Part shown: positions 58,887 through 64,000 of the stretch, in pieces
Position numbering within the stretch: the stretch's first letter is position 1
How the letters are laid out: each line of letters opens with the position of its first letter
Assembly: GCA_965238075.1 (NCBI GenBank)
Contig: OZ250173.1
Coordinates: 480,001 to 544,000, forward strand
Length of the DNA: 64,000 nucleotides
Reading direction: 5' to 3'
Source of the DNA: Candidatus Entotheonellaceae bacterium
GTDB lineage: Bacteria > Tectomicrobia > Entotheonellia > Entotheonellales > Entotheonellaceae
Notes under the pieces: generated by a model
Told to the model about the DNA's origin: nothing
The model's input: only the letters and a program-made list of their open reading frames with translations
The model's database searches: none
Translations under genes and position numbers: made by a program

Positions 58887-61202
58887 TTATACCGTCTTGT
58901 ACTTTTCGCGCAGATGCTGCCGCAGCAGTTCCGCCAGCGTATTGATCAGGAACGTCATCAGGAAGAGAAGCATGGCACCCAGGAACAGGGTGCGGTACAG
59001 CGTGCCGAACTGGGGCGCCTCAGGCAACTCCACGGCGATATTGGCCGACAGCGTGCGCATGCCGGAAAAGATGTTCCAGTCGACAATCGGCGTGTTGCCG
59101 GTGGCCATGAGCACGATCATCGTCTCGCCCACGGCGCGCCCCAGCCCGATCATCATGGCGGAAAAAATGCCCGCCGAGGCGGTCGGCAGCACGATGCGAA
59201 TCGCCGTCTGCCAGCGGCTGGCGCCCAGGGCCAGCGAGCCAGCCTTCAATTCGGGGGGCACGTTCGACAACGCATCCTCGGCGATGGTGAAAATAATGGG
59301 AATCACCGCGAACCCCATGATAAAACCGACCACCAGCGAGTTTCGTTGCTCGAAGCTCAGACCCGTTGCCTGCACCCACCACAGACGGAAGTCGGCAACA
59401 CGTTCTCCGGTCGCGGCATCGGTGACCACGAACACCAAGCGCTCGACAACCGGACCCAGCAACCAGGCGCCGTATGCGGACAGAACCAGGAGCGGAAACA
59501 CCGCCAGAAACTCGTACCCCGGCTTCACCCACCGGTTCGTCACGGTGTCGGGCATCGACGACCACACGTAGCCCATGAGCAGGGCCACGGCCGGCACCAG
59601 CATCACGATCAGCACGAACGACACCACTTTGGTTTCCAGTATCGGAGCCAGCCATAGGGCCGCCAGAAAGCCCAGAATAACCGACGGCAGCGAGGCCATG
59701 ATTTCCATCGTCGGCTTGACGATGGTGCGCAGATTGGGGTGCAGGAATTGCGAGGTGTACATGGCGGCCAGCAGCGCCAGCGGCACGGCGAACACCATGG
59801 CATAGAAGGTGCCCTTCAGGGTGCCGAAAATCAGCGGTATCATCGACAGCTTGGGCTCGAAATCGTCCGTGGCGCCGGTGGATTGCCAAGTGTAGGCGGG
59901 CGCCTGCCCGCCCTCGTACCACACCTTACCGAACAGCGCCGCCATCCCCGCCTCCGGGTGGGGATCGCTTAACCGATAGACATGCAGGTCACCCCCTGTG
60001 TCCAGCGCCAAAACGCGGTCGTATTTGCCGCTCAGCCGCGCCAGGCTCACATCGTACGACAGGTCCATCTCGAGCCGGGTACTGGCCGTGGTACTGTAAC
60101 GCAGGCCCAGCCACGAGGGGGTGCCGATCAGGAAGGATTTGTTGCGCAGGCTTGGGGCGTAGAACGTCGCCGCCCCGGGCAGCGGCGGCAGGGTCTTGGT
60201 CTGGCCGAAGAGGCGGGTGTCGCCGTCCGGCGGCACGAACAGGCTGAAGACACGACTGGCGCCCTCGGTGTTGGTGAACAGCAGAGACACGCCGCCAAAG
60301 ACGAAATCCATGGAAGCAATGGCGGACTGGCCGAGGTCTTGGAAAGGCGTGAAGACTTGTCTGAGAACCGCCTCATCAACGTCTTCGCCGGCCTCAAAAT
60401 AGAAGTAAAAGACCTGGCCGACAGTCGTGGCCACCACGACGCTGTTAGCCGTCTGCGGCGTCACGCCAATCATCTGGGGAGTGCCCGACAGCAACGGCGT
60501 CAGATCGTACGTCGCCTTGAGCACGGTTTTGCCGGTACCCAGCAACGTTTGTTTCTGTTCCAGCAAGGCGGCGTGAACCTGCGGCGCGCCGTCCACGTCC
60601 TGCAACACGGCGACGAGCTTTTGCGTACCCGAATCCCCATAGGCCACCTGGGCAATCGGCACGCCGGGCTGGCCAAGAGCAACAAACGCCCCGGCCTCGG
60701 GCTGGGCCACAATAGTGCGGACGTCGCCGTCGTACACCGGCTCGTAATTCACGTCGACGAGTGCGAACTCCCCCTGCGTGGTAGCAAACACCACCCGTTG
60801 GGTCTGTTGATCGTAAGCGTAGGCGGAAAAAATGCGGGTTTCTTGAAAGGCGGGGTCGGCCTGGAACGTGCCGCGTTCACCCTCGAGGTCGACGAAGGAA
60901 AGTACGCCGTCCTCGTTGACGAGCATGGGTAGCGCCGCCCATTCGTCGACGCCCAACACCTTGGCGTCCGATATACCGGTCGACACCGTGCGCAACGGCC
61001 GGATGCTGGCGCCCTGGAAAAGCGGCAGGATCTGCGACAGGATGAACACGAAAATGCCCAGCACGGCGATGATGACGCCCAGCCCCCCGATGGTGATGAA
61101 CCACGTCATGCACCAATCGATCAACAGGGTCGATCTCGCCGTTCCGAACTGTCCTGCCGATCCCACCCGGGGCTCCACCGGCGCCACTGCCATGGCATCC
61201 AC
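58887..61202 (-). CDS. pstC: Phosphate ABC transporter permease with large N-terminal soluble domain
   Basis: EPKLSMIPLIFGTLK, EIMASLPSVILG, GRAVGETMIVLMATGN. Confidence 0.9.
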   Translation of the reverse strand: MDAMAVAPVEPRVGSAGQFGTARSTLLIDWCMTWFITIGGLGVIIAVLGIFVFILSQILPLFQGASIRPLRTVSTGISDAKVLGVDEWAALPMLVNEDGVLSFVDLEGERGTFQADPAFQETRIFSAYAYDQQTQRVVFATTQGEFALVDVNYEPVYDGDVRTIVAQPEAGAFVALGQPGVPIAQVAYGDSGTQKLVAVLQDVDGAPQVHAALLEQKQTLLGTGKTVLKATYDLTPLLSGTPQMIGVTPQTANSVVVATTVGQVFYFYFEAGEDVDEAVLRQVFTPFQDLGQSAIASMDFVFGGVSLLFTNTEGASRVFSLFVPPDGDTRLFGQTKTLPPLPGAATFYAPSLRNKSFLIGTPSWLGLRYSTTASTRLEMDLSYDVSLARLSGKYDRVLALDTGGDLHVYRLSDPHPEAGMAALFGKVWYEGGQAPAYTWQSTGATDDFEPKLSMIPLIFGTLKGTFYAMVFAVPLALLAAMYTSQFLHPNLRTIVKPTMEIMASLPSVILGFLAALWLAPILETKVVSFVLIVMLVPAVALLMGYVWSSMPDTVTNRWVKPGYEFLAVFPLLVLSAYGAWLLGPVVERLVFVVTDAATGERVADFRLWWVQATGLSFEQRNSLVVGFIMGFAVIPIIFTIAEDALSNVPPELKAGSLALGASRWQTAIRIVLPTASAGIFSAMMIGLGRAVGETMIVLMATGNTPIVDWNIFSGMRTLSANIAVELPEAPQFGTLYRTLFLGAMLLFLMTFLINTLAELLRQHLREKYKTV

Positions 61203-61288
61203 TCCTCAAGACGGGAAAGGCAGGAAGCGAAAACCCTCCCCCCGCCTCTTTGCGTACAGTCCGACAACGAATCTCCGTCAGACAGGCA

Positions 61289-62272
61289 TTACTGGAGCAT
61301 CGTCATCGTATCAACAGACACCACGGCCGGCAAAGGGAAATACCCGTCTTTGACGACGATTTCCTGACCCGCCTTCGAGTTGATGAAATTCAGGAACTCG
61401 TAGGTCAGCTTGTCCAGCTCGGCGCCGGGCCTCTTGTTAACATAGATATACAGGAAACGCGCCAGCGGGTAGTCGCCGCTCAGGCAATTCTCCAGGGTCG
61501 GCTCGTACAGCGGACCCTGGACGGCCAGCGGCAGCGCACGCACGCTGGAAGTCTTGTAACCGATACCCGAGTAGCCGACGCCGCCCAGGTCGCTGGCCAC
61601 GCCCTGCACCACGGAGGAGGAACCGGGCTGCTCTTTCACGGTGTCCTTGTAATCGCCCTTCTTCAGCGCCACGCTCTTGAAAAAGCCATAGGTGCCGGAG
61701 GCGCTGTTACGACCGTACAGGGAAACCGGCCGCGCCGCCCAGTCAGCGGTCAGGCCGGCGTCGCCCCAGACCGCGAGATCCGTGCCGCCGCCCTTGTAGG
61801 TGCTAGAGAAAATGCTGTCAATCTGCTTCAGGGTCAGACCTTCTACCGGGTTGTCCTTGTGCACGAACACCGCCAGGGCGTCGATGGCGACCTTCACCGG
61901 CGTCGGCTTGAAGCCGAATTTCTGCTCAAACCTGTCGAGTTCCGAGGACTTCATCGGACGGCTCATGGGGCCCAGCTGCGCGGTGCCTTCGATCAGCGCC
62001 GGCGGGGCCGTGGAGGAGCCCTTGCCCTCGATCTGGATGTTCACGTTCGGATAAACGGCCCGGAAAGCCTCGGCCCACAGGGTCATGAGGTTGTTCAGTG
62101 TATCGGAGCCGATGCTGTTGAGATTGCCGGAAACGCCGCTGGTGCGCTCGTACTGGGACAGACCGGCGTCCACTTCCACCTGCGCCGAAGCCGTCATCGC
62201 CGCACCGAGCACCAGCCCGCCGGCGAGCACGAGGGAGACAAAACGCCTCGCAAGAACCGTCTTCATGGTCAT
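61289..62272 (-). CDS. pstS: Phosphate-binding protein
   Basis: Signal peptide, [29 protein letters not shown]; start at 62272 or 62266. Confidence 0.92.
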   Translation of the reverse strand: MTMKTVLARRFVSLVLAGGLVLGAAMTASAQVEVDAGLSQYERTSGVSGNLNSIGSDTLNNLMTLWAEAFRAVYPNVNIQIEGKGSSTAPPALIEGTAQLGPMSRPMKSSELDRFEQKFGFKPTPVKVAIDALAVFVHKDNPVEGLTLKQIDSIFSSTYKGGGTDLAVWGDAGLTADWAARPVSLYGRNSASGTYGFFKSVALKKGDYKDTVKEQPGSSSVVQGVASDLGGVGYSGIGYKTSSVRALPLAVQGPLYEPTLENCLSGDYPLARFLYIYVNKRPGAELDKLTYEFLNFINSKAGQEIVVKDGYFPLPAVVSVDTMTMLQ

Positions 62273-62411
62273 TGCTCCTTTAGATAGGGAGGGGGAGTTC
62301 AATTGGCGCCCTGCCCATGCAAGGTCGCCGTCTTCGTACAGCATGCCTGCCCGCTGCAAAGATGCAGTTAGGACAGAACGAAATTTGCGTCAGGCCGATT
62401 GCTCCGCCGCG

Positions 62412-63101
62412 CTAGAGTGCCTTGAAGCGATAACCGATGCCGCGCGTGGTTTCAATCATGTCGCGAAACCGCCCGAGCTTGCGGCGCAAGGCCGCAATGT
62501 GCACGTCCACCAAGCGCTCGGTGACACTGATGTCCGTGCCGCGGGCCCAATCGACGATTTGATAGCGGGTGAAAACCCATCCCGGCCGCTGCGCCAGGAG
62601 TTGCAGAACGCGGAATTCCGTCGGGGTCAGACGGATGGATTGGTTGTAGACGCGCACGTCGTGCTCACCCGGCGAAATGACCAGACCGCCCCGAACGATC
62701 ATTTCCGCGTCGGGAACGGGGTCCGTCCGCCGGCGCCGCAGGGCCGCCTTGATGCGTGCCAGAAGTTCACGCGGGCTGAAGGGCTTGGTGATGTAATCGT
62801 CCGCCCCCACTTCCAGGCCAGTCACGATGTCGGCCTCCTCACCCCGCGCCGTCAGCATGACAATCAGAATGGCGGATGTCTGCACGTCGCCCTTCAGCGT
62901 CTTGCAGACATCCAGGCCATCCATACCCGGCAGCAACACGTCCAGAACAACCAGATCGGGCCGCGCCGAACCCACCGCAGCCATCGCTTCCTCGCCCGAG
63001 CCGACACACGTTACGTCGTAGCCGGCTGCGGCGAGGTTGTACTGAACCAACTCCAGGAGGTCGGGTTCGTCATCGACCACCAGGATATGAACGCGGTTCA
63101 T
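62412..63101 (-). CDS. phoB: OmpR/PhoB-family response regulator
   Basis: VVDDE, VLDVLLPGMDG, GADDYITKPF, ETTRGIGY; located in the pst operon. Confidence 0.8.
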   Translation of the reverse strand: MNRVHILVVDDEPDLLELVQYNLAAAGYDVTCVGSGEEAMAAVGSARPDLVVLDVLLPGMDGLDVCKTLKGDVQTSAILIVMLTARGEEADIVTGLEVGADDYITKPFSPRELLARIKAALRRRRTDPVPDAEMIVRGGLVISPGEHDVRVYNQSIRLTPTEFRVLQLLAQRPGWVFTRYQIVDWARGTDISVTERLVDVHIAALRRKLGRFRDMIETTRGIGYRFKAL

Positions 63102-63184
63102 CGCCTTCCCCCCTTTCGGGGCCTCTACGCGATGGGACGCTCGCACGGCTTGTGGAGAGCTGACAATGAGCGACATGGCTCCGC

Positions 63185-64000
63185 CTAGAAATCCACCTGG
63201 AAGCGCATGGACACGATCGTGGTGAGTTCATCTTCAAGATCGCCGCGATCCAGATAAGCCGCAACGTAATTGAACGTCACGCGGGCGTTGTTGTGGGGGT
63301 ACCAATTCAGGCCAAGCGTCCAGTTACGCTCTACGCCACCTTCAAAATCACCGTCGCTGAGATCGACTCTCGACATGCGGGCCGCGATTTCGACCGCCCC
63401 CATGGTGCCCTTCTTCAGGTCGAACTGGCGTTTCGGCTTCGGACGGCCAAAGGCGCCGCCACTGTAGGGCCGCGACTTACCCGTCAGGAAATAACTTCCC
63501 ATAACGTAGTAGGCTGAGAACGTGGGGTGTTCCGTTCCCATGACGTCTGGCGTGGCGTTCATGTATTCCGCCTGGACGGAAATCGGCCCATACACCAAGA
63601 CGCCTTCCAAGCCGATTTGGTCAACCCGGTCGGATTCGCGAGAAGCTTTGACGAGCTTGACGGCCTTGGTCCTTCCATCGGGGCGAGGGTCGAAATTGAA
63701 TCCCTCTTCTTTCTGCAAGTGATAGACGAGACCTACGTGGGCCAACTGGGTCTTGCTGGCTTGGAAGGGCGTGGCTGCCAATCTGAGGATCAAGTTGTTG
63801 TCGGGGTTGTCGGTGCGATCGACCGTTCCATTGCTATCGGAACGTGTCATGGAGATGGCCCAATGGAGGCGTTTGTCCAAGACGCTGTTTTTTAGCAGAA
63901 TGCCGACTTGCCAGCCAGGTACGAAGGCGTCCGTGAGGGAATGCTCCTGAAAGGTGATGAAACGATCGCTGGTCGACCCCTCAAGGCCAAACGGAGTCTT
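63185..64000 (-). CDS. Phosphate-selective porin OprO/OprP (5' end outside window)
   Basis: Frame open to the window edge: KTPFGLEG..SDRFITFQE, SVQAEY, GAVEIAAR, TLGLNWY, C-terminal RFQVDF. Confidence 0.85.
   Translation of the reverse strand, partial: KTPFGLEGSTSDRFITFQEHSLTDAFVPGWQVGILLKNSVLDKRLHWAISMTRSDSNGTVDRTDNPDNNLILRLAATPFQASKTQLAHVGLVYHLQKEEGFNFDPRPDGRTKAVKLVKASRESDRVDQIGLEGVLVYGPISVQAEYMNATPDVMGTEHPTFSAYYVMGSYFLTGKSRPYSGGAFGRPKPKRQFDLKKGTMGAVEIAARMSRVDLSDGDFEGGVERNWTLGLNWYPHNNARVTFNYVAAYLDRGDLEDELTTIVSMRFQVDF

Noticed and set aside
62280-62410. Pho box upstream of pstS
   Set aside because: Only one weak CTGTCC half-site; no convincing 11-bp-spaced direct repeat

Overview
GC-rich bacterial chromosomal window from a diderm organism (outer-membrane porins, Tat/lipoprotein signals). 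The mix of LLM-class oxidoreductase, Mo-hydroxylase, SDR and TA genes suggests an uncultured environmental or host-associated lineage, but taxonomy cannot be fixed from this window. Housekeeping and metabolic genes: an ArgJ/OAT2-like acyltransferase, a class III aminotransferase, a xanthine dehydrogenase-family Mo subunit with MoaD, a B12-type radical SAM enzyme, a methionine/trans-sulfuration cluster (metC, metY, metA and a cystathionine gamma-synthase fused to two Nfu domains), thiolase/DUF35, a DUF294 NTase with a DEDDh exonuclease, an M1 aminopeptidase, msrP, copA and a porin-phoB-pstSCAB-phoU phosphate operon. These are interleaved with many defence and toxin-antitoxin loci. Apparently intact: HigB plus a HigA-IrrE fusion, MNT-HEPN, and a PaeR7I/XhoI-like R-M pair. 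Broken: hsdM, vapBC, hicA, an SPPY MTase/NgoMIV-family REase pair, and a DSR1-like SIR2 gene split by an IS630 element whose ends and TA duplication can be reconstructed exactly. Several REP-like palindromes and a composite ~65-bp repeat are also present. No rRNA, tRNA or CRISPR array was found. All family assignments come from motif recognition, not from database searches.
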